Positions 14,125 through 22,713 of a stretch of DNA of 29,625 nt are shown here, one piece after another. Numbering within the stretch: the first letter of the stretch is position 1; every line of letters starts with the position of its first letter. Origin of the DNA: Halalkalibacterium halodurans (GTDB lineage: Bacteria > Bacillota > Bacilli > Bacillales > Bacillaceae_D); the NCBI RefSeq assembly GCF_004376175.1, contig NZ_SNUY01000056.1, positions 1 to 29,625 on the forward strand, given 5' to 3'. The notes under the pieces were generated by a model that was not told the origin of the DNA, did not search any database, and saw only the letters and a program-made list of their open reading frames with translations. The translations under genes and the position numbers were made by a program.

Positions 14125-14140
14125 GTTTTTTATAAAGAAC
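14125..14140. promoter_or_regulatory. SinR-type operator (palindrome, 1 mismatch)
   Basis: gttttttataaagaac has one mismatch to GTTCTTTATAAAGAAC. Its centre is 137 bp from the centre of the 13988-14003 site. Confidence 0.5.
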
Positions 14141-14261
14141 AAAAAATGACATGAATCAAGTTCCTTAATGGATTTAGTTATCCTTTCGGTTATGTTGTCG
14201 TTAAACAGATGACGACTAAGGTTCGTTCGAAAAAGCCCTCATCCTCTTACTATATAAAGTG

Positions 14262-14290
14262 AAAAAGCTCACCTTAACGGCGAGCTTTTT
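14262..14290. terminator. Bidirectional terminator separating the glc/permease unit from the matrix operon
   Basis: aaaaagctcacc / ggcgagcttttt stem (one mismatch), flanked by an A-run and a T-run. Confidence 0.6.
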
Positions 14291-14329
14291 CATTATTATA
14301 AAAGTAGGCATTCGTTAAAACATTATATT

Positions 14330-14560
14330 CTATTTAAAGAACGAATTAGTGTGGTTCACGTGAACGAAGGTAATCAATCCGTTGATCGATGCAGCCGTAG
14401 CTTGCTTGACAGGGACTTGCCAAATAAACAACGAAAGTCCTGCAGCCACAAGAAATGAAATTGGCATCGCTTTACTTGCAGGCATCCGCATCCCAACTAA
14501 TAAGACCCCCACAACAATAATGGGTAACAACGACATAAAGGCTAACCAGCCGGTGGTCAA
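14330..14560 (-). pseudogene. L-lactate/glycolate permease (LctP/GlcA family), N-terminal ~64 codons only
   Basis: TTG start with RBS ggggagagg. LSLLPIIVVGVLLVGMRMPASKAMPISFLVAAGLSLFIWQVPVKQATAASINGL matches the first two TM helices of LctP-family permeases, which are about 550 aa. The frame then ends after 12 unrelated codons. Confidence 0.6.
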
Positions 14561-14711
14561 TCCGCCTCTCCCCTTTCAATAGATTTAGACTATCTATATG
14601 AAAGCGACCATCTTCGCAACGTTCGTTAGGAGCTGTGATGGATCTGTTCGTATGTGTCGATAGACGAACATAGTCGCAAGCTTGAGATGCGATGAAAACT
14701 ATTATGTAAGG

Positions 14712-14743
14712 AAGCACTTCCACCTAAGGTGATGGAAGTGCTT
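14712..14743 (-). other. Hairpin immediately after the glcB stop codon (weak terminator or mRNA stabiliser)
   Basis: 11-bp stem aagcacttcca (14712-14722) / tggaagtgctt (14733-14743). No clear U-tract follows on the minus strand. Confidence 0.35.
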
Positions 14744-14749
14744 ATTCAT

Positions 14750-16936
14750 TTACACGAGTTCTTTTGCGATTTTTTGTTTAAACTCTAGGCGCCGACGATG
14801 CAAGATCGGTTCTGTATAACCACTCGGCTGTTCTGTCCCTTTTAACACGAGCTCTAATGCTGCTTGGAAGGCGACAGACTGCTCAAGATTATCAGCCATT
14901 GGACGGTAAGCGGGATCCCCGGCATTTTGTTCATCCACTACTTTTGCCATGCGTTCCATCGTTCGAATCACTTGCTCCTTACTTACGATGCCGTGACGAA
15001 GCCAATTGGCCATATGTTGACTCGAAATGCGCAAAGTGGCGCGATCTTCCATTAATGCTGTGTTATGAATATCAGGCACCTTAGAGCAGCCGATCCCTTG
15101 TTCCACCCAACGCACGACATAACCGAGAATCCCTTGGGCATTATTATCAAGCTCTGCTTGAATGTCCTCATTCGTCCAGTCGGTAGAGCCAGCTAGAGGG
15201 ATTTCAAGAATCTCCTTGCGATAGCACGTTTGATCATCTGCAAGTGTCTTTTGAATGGCAGGTACATGGTGGCGATGATAATGAATGGCGTGAAGCGTCG
15301 CTGCTGTTGGCGATGGCACCCATGCTGTATTTGCTCCAGCTTCAAGTTGACTTCCTTTCTGTTCCATCATCTCGTTCATATGATCCGGCATTGCCCACAT
15401 TCCTTTTCCGATTTGAGCTCGGCCTCGGAAACCACAAGTTAGGCCCGTGGCTACATTGGATCGCTCATAGGCTGAGAGCCAGCTAGACGACTTCATATCC
15501 CCTTTGCGAATCATCGGGCCCGCTTCCATCGATGTATGAATCTCATCCCCAGTTCGATCCAAAAATCCCGTATTGATAAAGACGACCCGTTCCTTTACTT
15601 TCTCAATGCATGCTTTTAAATTTAGGGACGTGCGCCGCTCTTCATCCATGACGCCGATTTTCAACGTATGACGTTCCAAACCGAGAATGTCTTCAATTCG
15701 ATTAAACAATCGATTGGCAAAAGCCACTTCCTCCGAACCATGCATTTTTGGCTTTACGATGTAAACCGATCCTTTTTTTGAGTTTCGGAATGTGCCATTT
15801 TGCAACAAATCATGCTTAGCAATTAGGCTCGTAACGATTCCATCTAGAATGCCTTCTGGCACTTCCTCGCCTGATTGCGTTCGAATAACAGGCGTGGTCA
15901 TTAAGTGTCCAACATTCCGGATAAACATGAGCGAACGCCCTGGTAGCGAGAACGTTTCTCCATTTGGTGCCGTGTAGCTTCGATCCTCGTTTAACTTTCG
16001 CTTTTTTGTTTTTCCTTCTTTCGTAAACGTTGCTTCAAGTGTTCCTTTCATAAGACCAAGCCAGTTTTGATAGACAGCTACTTTGTCTTCAGCATCAACA
16101 GCTGCGACGGAATCTTCACAATCCATAATTGTGGTTAGCGCGGACTCAAGGACAATGTCCTTCACCTTTGCCCGATCACTTTTTCCAATTGGGTGTCTTG
16201 CATCGATTTGAATTTCTACGTGAAGTCCATGATGAAGAAGAAGAATGACAGATGGGTCTCCTTGTGAACCTTGGTAACCGACAAACTGTGTCTCGTCCTT
16301 TAATCGTGTCATCTTTCCAGATTCAAGTGTAACGACTAGTTGCTTATCCATGATGGCATAGTTGATAGCCTCATGATGAGAGCCGCTTGTAAGCGGGAAC
16401 GTATGATCTAAGAAGTCTTTGGCAAACTGAATAACTTTGGCTCCTCGTTTCGGGTTGTATGTCCCCGTTTTTTCGCATCCGTCCTCTTCTGAAATGACAT
16501 TCGATCCGTAAAGGGCATCATACAAACTTCCCCAGCGAGCATTCGCTGCATTAATCGCATATCGTGCATTGTTGACTGGAACCACTAGCTGTGGTCCTGC
16601 TTGCGCCGCGATTTCATCATCCACATTTTCCGTTGTAATGGTTACATGTTCAGGGATTGGCTCTAAATAGCCGATTTCTTCTAAAAACGAGTGATATGCT
16701 GAAAAATCAATGGGTCCTTTGTTTTTTTGATGCCACGCATCGATCGTTGCTTGAATTTCTTCACGTTTAGCGAGAAGCATCTTGTTTTCTGGCATCAATT
16801 CAGTGATGATTTGCTGGACACCAGACCAAAAATCGTCCTTCTTAATCCCCGTTCCAGGAAGAGCCCTCTGCTCAATAAATGTTATTAGTTTGGTCGCCAC
16901 CTGCAAATTTCCCACATGTTCGTATGTTTCCATCAT
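14750..16936 (-). CDS. glcB: Malate synthase G
   Basis: 728 aa, the length expected for malate synthase G and collinear with it by eye over the whole ORF. RBS aaaggaggag; the second ATG (16933) is the better-spaced start. Confidence 0.93.
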   Translation of the reverse strand: MMETYEHVGNLQVATKLITFIEQRALPGTGIKKDDFWSGVQQIITELMPENKMLLAKREEIQATIDAWHQKNKGPIDFSAYHSFLEEIGYLEPIPEHVTITTENVDDEIAAQAGPQLVVPVNNARYAINAANARWGSLYDALYGSNVISEEDGCEKTGTYNPKRGAKVIQFAKDFLDHTFPLTSGSHHEAINYAIMDKQLVVTLESGKMTRLKDETQFVGYQGSQGDPSVILLLHHGLHVEIQIDARHPIGKSDRAKVKDIVLESALTTIMDCEDSVAAVDAEDKVAVYQNWLGLMKGTLEATFTKEGKTKKRKLNEDRSYTAPNGETFSLPGRSLMFIRNVGHLMTTPVIRTQSGEEVPEGILDGIVTSLIAKHDLLQNGTFRNSKKGSVYIVKPKMHGSEEVAFANRLFNRIEDILGLERHTLKIGVMDEERRTSLNLKACIEKVKERVVFINTGFLDRTGDEIHTSMEAGPMIRKGDMKSSSWLSAYERSNVATGLTCGFRGRAQIGKGMWAMPDHMNEMMEQKGSQLEAGANTAWVPSPTAATLHAIHYHRHHVPAIQKTLADDQTCYRKEILEIPLAGSTDWTNEDIQAELDNNAQGILGYVVRWVEQGIGCSKVPDIHNTALMEDRATLRISSQHMANWLRHGIVSKEQVIRTMERMAKVVDEQNAGDPAYRPMADNLEQSVAFQAALELVLKGTEQPSGYTEPILHRRRLEFKQKIAKELV

Positions 16937-16946
16937 AACTCCTCCT

Positions 16947-18392
16947 TTATTTATTTAATGATTGTTTGATCTCAACACAACGGCTAGGGGAAGGGAAAAG
17001 CTTCCCGCCGTTTAGGAGATTGCGCGGATTAAACACTTGGCGTATTTCGAGTTGGGCATTGATTTCCTCTTCTGTAAAGACGAAGCGCATCTCTTCTTTC
17101 TTTTCAATTCCGATCCCATGCTCACCTGTGATGGTTCCACCAACGGCTGCACACGCCCGGAGACATTCACTCCCTGCTTGTAGCGCTCGTTCGGTCTCTC
17201 CTTCTACCGTCGCATCAAACAGAACAAGGGGGTGAAGGTTACCATCACCGGCGTGAAAAATATTTGCGATTCGTAGCCCGTATGTTTCGCTGATTTTTTG
17301 AATCGTTGAAAGCACGACCGGAAGCTTTGTCCGCGGGATCACTCCATCTTGTACGAGGTAATCAGGTGAGATGGCACCCATGGCACCAAAGCCTGTTTTT
17401 CGGTTCGCCCACCATTTCATCCGTTCTTCTTCAGATGTAGCTACTTTCACCTCGCGAACATGATGCTTTCGGCAAACGGTTAAAATACGTTCAATTTGTT
17501 GATCCATTCCGGCAGAAATGCCGTCCACTTCGATTAGCAAAACCGCTTCCGCATCAAGTAGGTGCCCGATAGGGAAAGCGGCGGCCTCCACGCCTTCCAT
17601 CGCTATGCGATCCATCATTTCAAGCGCTGCTGGGACAATCCCTTCTGAAATGATGTCAGACACCGTGTGACTTGCATCGCTCACTTTGTCAAAGTAAGCT
17701 AAAACCGTCTGTTTCGCCTCTGGATGTTTCAAAATGCGAACGGTAATTTTTGTAACAATTCCAAGTGTTCCTTCTGATCCCGTCATCAGTCCAAGCAAAT
17801 CATACCCAGGTTCATCCAATATTCCAGCTTTTCCGATTTCCACAATGTCCCCATTCGGGAGTACCACTTCCATTCCTAAGATATGGTTCGTGGTAACTCC
17901 GTATTTAAGACAGTGGGCGCCGCCAGCATTTTCTGCCACATTACCACCGATCGTGCAGCAATATTGGCTGGATGGATCTGGCGCATAGTAATACCCTTTG
18001 TCCTCAATGAATTGAGTAAGCTTTATATTGACATAACCAGGTTCAACGATCGCGCGGCGGTTTTTCAGATCGACTTCAAGTAAGCGCTTCATCCGTACGA
18101 GGCTAATAATGACCTCCCCATTGATCGGGATCGCCCCACCACTTAGTCCTGTTCCGGCTCCTCTGGCGAGAAAGGGAAGGTTATGATCGTGACAGTAACG
18201 GACAATGCTTGCCACTTCCTTTGTATTTTCCGGAAACACAACCGCCTTTGGCAAATGTTTATGAATCGTAAACCCATCGCAATCATAGGCTAGCAAATCT
18301 TCTTTCTTATATAGAACCGGATTGTGTCCGCTTAACAGCTCGTGAAAAGATCGGATGTGAGGATCTTCATGCTCGCGCTTCCTTCCAATCAT
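16947..18392 (-). CDS. glcD: Glycolate oxidase subunit GlcD (FAD-linked oxidase)
   Basis: FAD-binding PCMH domain ([14 protein letters not shown]) plus an FAD-oxidase C-terminal domain. ATGA overlap with the upstream glcF. Confidence 0.9.
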   Translation of the reverse strand: MIGRKREHEDPHIRSFHELLSGHNPVLYKKEDLLAYDCDGFTIHKHLPKAVVFPENTKEVASIVRYCHDHNLPFLARGAGTGLSGGAIPINGEVIISLVRMKRLLEVDLKNRRAIVEPGYVNIKLTQFIEDKGYYYAPDPSSQYCCTIGGNVAENAGGAHCLKYGVTTNHILGMEVVLPNGDIVEIGKAGILDEPGYDLLGLMTGSEGTLGIVTKITVRILKHPEAKQTVLAYFDKVSDASHTVSDIISEGIVPAALEMMDRIAMEGVEAAAFPIGHLLDAEAVLLIEVDGISAGMDQQIERILTVCRKHHVREVKVATSEEERMKWWANRKTGFGAMGAISPDYLVQDGVIPRTKLPVVLSTIQKISETYGLRIANIFHAGDGNLHPLVLFDATVEGETERALQAGSECLRACAAVGGTITGEHGIGIEKKEEMRFVFTEEEINAQLEIRQVFNPRNLLNGGKLFPSPSRCVEIKQSLNK

Positions 18393-19744
18393 AGTCCATC
18401 CCCTCCTTCCGTCTTCAACTCTTCCTGCTGGTAAGCCAAGTCAAGCAATTGAACCGTATGAATGATTCTCTGATTATCTCCGTATTTTTTGACGCCCATA
18501 GCCATTTGCAGCATACAGCCAGGGTTCCCCATAGACACCATCTCTACATCACTTGGGACGCACTCCATTTTTTTCTCTAGTACTCTACTAGCCATCTCCG
18601 GATGCGTAAGATTATAAATGCCGGCACTGCCACAGCACCGATCAGCGTTCTCCATCGGAATTAACTCAACGCCAGGAATTTTCAGCAATAAGTCTCGTGG
18701 CTCCTGACGCACGTTTTGTCCGTGTGCGAAGTGACAGGCGTCATGGTAGGCAACTTTTGCACGGACTTCCCCTTTTGGCTTCTCATAGCCTGTATCATAC
18801 AAGTGCTTGGAAACATCCTTCACCTTCTCGGCAAATGCTTCCGCCCGTTCATACCATTCCCGATCGACTTCGCGAAACAATTCAGGATATTCTTGGAGCA
18901 TGGAACCACAGCCTGCTGCATTGACAATAATCGTCTCTTCGTTTTCAAAAGCTTTCATGTTCTGCTTTGCAAGTCTTCTTCCCATCTCTCGATCACCTGC
19001 ATGAACATGCAGAGCCCCGCAGCACGTCTGATCTTTTGGGAGCGAAACGTCGTTTCCGTTTCGCGTTAACACGCGTATCGTCGCTTCATTTACTTCACTG
19101 AACATGACATCCATCACACAACCTGCCAATAACGCAACTCTCTGCTTGGACTGCCCCTTAGCTTTTATGAACGATTTCTTGCGATAACGCTTCTGAACAG
19201 GCGTTGATACTTCAGGTATGACGGCCTCCATGTCTGCGAAATGCTCAGGAAAAAGGTGAAGCAATCCTGTTTTTCGCACTGCTTTTCGTATACCTACCTT
19301 TTGATACACTTTCACCAATGAACCGAGAGCGTGTAGACGATGAGGGTAAGGGAAAAGCCCACGGAGAAATAAATGGCTTACAACCTTTTTCCACCCAGAT
19401 AACGGAAGAGCTTGGCGGATTTGTCCTCTGGCTTCTTCAATTAAGCCACCAACCTCTACATCTGCAGGACAAGCTGTTTCACAGGCACGGCAGTCAAGGC
19501 ACGTAAACACCGGATCGGCAAATGCTTCATTCACTTCGAGCTTTCCTTCTGCTACCGACTTGATTAAATGAACGCGCCCCCTCGGCGATTGCTGTTCATG
19601 GCCAGTCAGCTCGTATGTAGGACAGGCCTCTAAACACATGCCGCAATGGACACAGTCCGCCCACTTGTTTGGATCGGGGTGATCGGACCAGTGATAGTTA
19701 GTCAATGATGGAGGCGAACAAGGTAGCTGCTTTGTGCTACTCAT
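18389..19744 (-). CDS. glcF: Glycolate oxidase iron-sulfur subunit GlcF
   Basis: Two CxxCxxCxxxCP ferredoxin motifs (CVHCGMCLEACP, CLDCRACETACP) followed by two CCG-type cysteine-rich domains. Confidence 0.9.
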   Translation of the reverse strand: MSSTKQLPCSPPSLTNYHWSDHPDPNKWADCVHCGMCLEACPTYELTGHEQQSPRGRVHLIKSVAEGKLEVNEAFADPVFTCLDCRACETACPADVEVGGLIEEARGQIRQALPLSGWKKVVSHLFLRGLFPYPHRLHALGSLVKVYQKVGIRKAVRKTGLLHLFPEHFADMEAVIPEVSTPVQKRYRKKSFIKAKGQSKQRVALLAGCVMDVMFSEVNEATIRVLTRNGNDVSLPKDQTCCGALHVHAGDREMGRRLAKQNMKAFENEETIIVNAAGCGSMLQEYPELFREVDREWYERAEAFAEKVKDVSKHLYDTGYEKPKGEVRAKVAYHDACHFAHGQNVRQEPRDLLLKIPGVELIPMENADRCCGSAGIYNLTHPEMASRVLEKKMECVPSDVEMVSMGNPGCMLQMAMGVKKYGDNQRIIHTVQLLDLAYQQEELKTEGGDGL

Positions 19745-19746
19745 GA

Positions 19747-21072
19747 TTAAATCCCCCCTACAAAGCGAGTTTGATTGAGTATTCGCTGTGGATCGATAGC
19801 CTGTTTAATCCCTTGTAACAGTTCCATGTAAGCAGGTGGTTCTCCCCATACATCGACAGTTTGTCGAATCGTAAGAGGAGCATGTGTGAGAACGAGATGT
19901 CCAGAGGCACCTGCAATAACTTGACGCAAATCCGCGATCGCTAGACAAATGTCTTGTTCGTCTCCTGTTAAGATGATCACACCGAGACCATGCCCCACAC
20001 CGCCATGAAAAGAGGTAGAAACATGATATTGGACTGTTAATCGCTTACATTCTTGCAGCACCGAAAAAAGATCGAAATTTTTGACTGCTACTTTGAGCTT
20101 AACTGCTGTCTGTTGGTTGGATTGATCCAATGTTTGAATTGACTCCCTTTTTCGCCATTGATCCCAGAATCTATTGGCATCTTCTCGCTGAAAGATGGCA
20201 GCGTTCGTTCCCTTTGGCAATTGTGATAAGACGTATTGTTCTTGATAGTGAACCGAGGACGGTATATCTTCAAAGCTAATCAGAAGGCCTAACGCCACCT
20301 CCCCTGTGACTGCTTCCGTCCATGTCGAATTCATGATTTCAAGTGCAACCGGCTCCATATAGGAATCAAGTAAACTGGCGACAACATCTTCGATCAGTGT
20401 CAGTTGGTTTTCGTTGAAAAAGGCAATGATTACTCGCTCATCCTTTGGAAGCGGGCGTAGCTTTAAGGTCACCTCTGTCATGACGCCCAATGTTCCCATC
20501 GAACCAATAAACAACTTATTCATATCGTAGCCAGCCACATTTTTGACAACTTTTCCACCAGTACGAATGATGCGACCATCAGGATAGACGACCCGTAAGC
20601 CGATGACATGATCCCTAGCTGCTCCATGACGGAGGCGTTTAGGTCCGCTTTCATTTGTGGCAATCATGCCCCCAATCGTTGCAGCTTCATCACAGGGCAT
20701 GTCGAATGGGAGCGCCTGCTTAAAAATGGCAAGCTCTTTTTGAAGTTTTCGTAGAGGCGTTCCAGCTTTCACAGTCACCGTCATGTCTCCTATCGAGTGG
20801 TCTACGATGCCTGTAAACTGTTGAAGTGATACGACCCATTCCGTTTCTAATAATGTCCCAGCAAACCCCCGTTTCGTTCCAGCTCCTTCAACTGTTACAA
20901 GATGCTCCTCTTCACTTGCAAGTGTCAGAACATCGGCTAGCTCTCGCTCCGTTGTTGGGACAACTTCTAGTAAACCTGTATTTCCATAGGGATCGTTCAT
21001 TCGGTCACGTTGTACAACTTGGCTATTATTTAATTGTTTGACAAGTTTGGCGTGCGCATTAGAGACGATCAT
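19747..21072 (-). CDS. glcE: Glycolate oxidase FAD-binding subunit, GlcE-like
   Basis: PCMH-type FAD-binding domain (VEGAGTKRGF, GGMIATNESGPKRLRHGAARDHVIGLRVV, NVAGYDMNKLFIGSMGTLG). It is the first gene of the glcE-F-D-B row. At 441 aa it is longer than typical GlcE (~350 aa). Confidence 0.75.
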   Translation of the reverse strand: MIVSNAHAKLVKQLNNSQVVQRDRMNDPYGNTGLLEVVPTTERELADVLTLASEEEHLVTVEGAGTKRGFAGTLLETEWVVSLQQFTGIVDHSIGDMTVTVKAGTPLRKLQKELAIFKQALPFDMPCDEAATIGGMIATNESGPKRLRHGAARDHVIGLRVVYPDGRIIRTGGKVVKNVAGYDMNKLFIGSMGTLGVMTEVTLKLRPLPKDERVIIAFFNENQLTLIEDVVASLLDSYMEPVALEIMNSTWTEAVTGEVALGLLISFEDIPSSVHYQEQYVLSQLPKGTNAAIFQREDANRFWDQWRKRESIQTLDQSNQQTAVKLKVAVKNFDLFSVLQECKRLTVQYHVSTSFHGGVGHGLGVIILTGDEQDICLAIADLRQVIAGASGHLVLTHAPLTIRQTVDVWGEPPAYMELLQGIKQAIDPQRILNQTRFVGGI

Positions 21073-21085
21073 CTCATCCTCCCCT

Positions 21086-21114
21086 AACTAAGTTTCTTAA
21101 TAAGAAACTTAGTT
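21086..21114. promoter_or_regulatory. 29-bp perfect palindrome just upstream of the glcE RBS (candidate operator or leader hairpin)
   Basis: aactaagtttctta-a-taagaaacttagtt has 14-nt arms around one central base and ends about 6 nt before the RBS ggggagga. The IclR-family regulator gene lies immediately upstream. Confidence 0.5.
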
Positions 21115-21134
21115 TCCTGTAATGAGTGAAAAGT

Positions 21135-21154
21135 AAACGCTTTTTCAAGCGTTT
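21135..21154 (-). terminator. Probable terminator after the IclR gene
   Basis: 8-bp stem aaacgctt / aagcgttt with a tttc loop and T-runs on both sides. Confidence 0.45.
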
Positions 21155-21250
21155 TTTCTTTGATGCAGATCTTATCTCGTTAGTTCCATTAAACCATCTG
21201 TTTTCCTGTTTTTCAATAGAATTGTGAGATTTTTTCGAAAACATCTCTAT

Positions 21251-22006
21251 TTAAATGTCTTGATAGCCTAAACGCCGGGATATCTTCTTACCAATAGCTA
21301 TGATCAATGGTCGTAACTCATGCAAGCGCTCTTTCGATAGGCGCATAGATGGGCCAGAAATACTAACAGCAGCCGTTATAGCCCCTTGATAGTCGAAAAT
21401 TGGAGCTGCAATGCACGTAATTCCTGGCTCGTTTTCTTCCATTTCATACCCGTAGCCTTCTAAGCGTATTTTCTCTAATTCCTTCATAAACGTTTCTTTA
21501 TCGGTGATCGTCCGCTCCGTATGAGGTGGCAACCCATAGCGTTCAATTAAACTAATTTGCACCTTTTCTGGTAAATAAGCCATAATTACTTTGCCGACAC
21601 TCGTGCAATGAATCGGTGCTCTCCGGCCAATTTTTGAATGGGTTCGAAGTGTCTTTGTCCCTTCCAGTTTGTCAATGTAAATCATCTCCCCTTGATCATA
21701 TAAAACGAGATGGACGACCTCATTTGTTGTTGCCTCAAGCTGTTCTAAAAATGGCCGCGCTTGTCGGCGAATGTCGATCGATTCTAACAAGGTTGCGCTT
21801 AACTCTAAATATCGGTAACCTAGACGGTATTTTTTTGTTTCTTCATCTTGCTCAATAAATCCGTGTTCCACAAGTGTAGCCAAAAGCTTATAGGCTGAGC
21901 TTTTTGTGAGTGATAGCTTGGCTGCCACATCGGTAACCCCTAGTCCTTGTTTATGTTCGCTCACAAGCGAAATGATCGTTAATGCTCGATCGACGGATTT
22001 AACCAT
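21251..22006 (-). CDS. IclR-family transcriptional regulator
   Basis: N-terminal wHTH (SVDRALTIISLVSEHKQGLGVTDVAAKLSLTKSSAYKLLATLVEHGFIEQD) and a C-terminal IclR effector domain. RBS gggggaagg. Confidence 0.9.
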   Translation of the reverse strand: MVKSVDRALTIISLVSEHKQGLGVTDVAAKLSLTKSSAYKLLATLVEHGFIEQDEETKKYRLGYRYLELSATLLESIDIRRQARPFLEQLEATTNEVVHLVLYDQGEMIYIDKLEGTKTLRTHSKIGRRAPIHCTSVGKVIMAYLPEKVQISLIERYGLPPHTERTITDKETFMKELEKIRLEGYGYEMEENEPGITCIAAPIFDYQGAITAAVSISGPSMRLSKERLHELRPLIIAIGKKISRRLGYQDI

Positions 22007-22058
22007 ATAACCTTCCCCCTTATGGCGCTAGCCCCATTATAGCACAATAAAAAAGCAC

Positions 22059-22538
22059 TTAACCGAACGTAAAAAAATAAACCATCGCACCGATCAGCAT
22101 GAACGCGACGAACCGCTCGCCTAATAATGAACCTGTTTTTGTAGTAAAAGGAAAGCGAACCCTCGTTTTTAAAGGATAAAATAAACGAATCCCCTGAGAT
22201 GTCATCGCATCGAGAATAAAATGGCTAACGACCCCACTTAATAGTCCGAGTGTGATGTCGGTTGAATAGACTGGTAGCCAGTTCAATAGCCAGTAGATTC
22301 CTAGTAAAAAGAGGAGACTGTGGGTGAACGAACGGTGACCAAATGTTCGTAAAAGCACTGTTGAAACAACTGGTAATGCGCGGCCAACCATCGATCTCGG
22401 GTGACAAATGTCAGGAATAAGCGCGCCAAAAAGAGCCGCGCTATAATAAATGATCGGTTGCTCTACACTTAAAGCATTAAAATAGGCCATCGCTGCAGCA
22501 GCTGTAAATCCGCCGATAATATGTGTTGGTCCTGTCAT
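22059..22538 (-). CDS. YdjM-family (DUF457) membrane-bound metal-dependent hydrolase
   Basis: MTGPTHIIGG..., IPDICHP and HRSFTHS histidine motifs, and 4-5 hydrophobic spans. Start moved to ATG 22538, 9 nt after the GGAG of the RBS taggag. Confidence 0.8.
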   Translation of the reverse strand: MTGPTHIIGGFTAAAAMAYFNALSVEQPIIYYSAALFGALIPDICHPRSMVGRALPVVSTVLLRTFGHRSFTHSLLFLLGIYWLLNWLPVYSTDITLGLLSGVVSHFILDAMTSQGIRLFYPLKTRVRFPFTTKTGSLLGERFVAFMLIGAMVYFFTFG

Positions 22539-22682
22539 GATGTTCAACTCCTACTGTAGAGAGAAGCTACATGTCACCATAACCCTTCTCCCTTTTATCC
22601 GCCTCACCGTGTCATCATTTAAAAGTCAATAGTCGGAACCTCTAGGGCCTTGCCTTATGACCGTTTCTCAATGATGAAACAT

Positions 22683-22713
22683 GAAAAAACGAGGGCGGTT
22701 ATGATTCGCCCTC
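22683..22713 (-). terminator. Rho-independent terminator overlapping the end of parC
   Basis: On the minus strand: gagggcg-aatcataac-cgccctc followed by gtttttt. The parC stop codon lies in the loop. Confidence 0.7.

Noticed and set aside
14382-14723. ORFs 14382-14582 (plus) and 14472-14723 (minus)
   Set aside because: They overlap the permease stub and its upstream region, and show no RBS or recognisable motifs.
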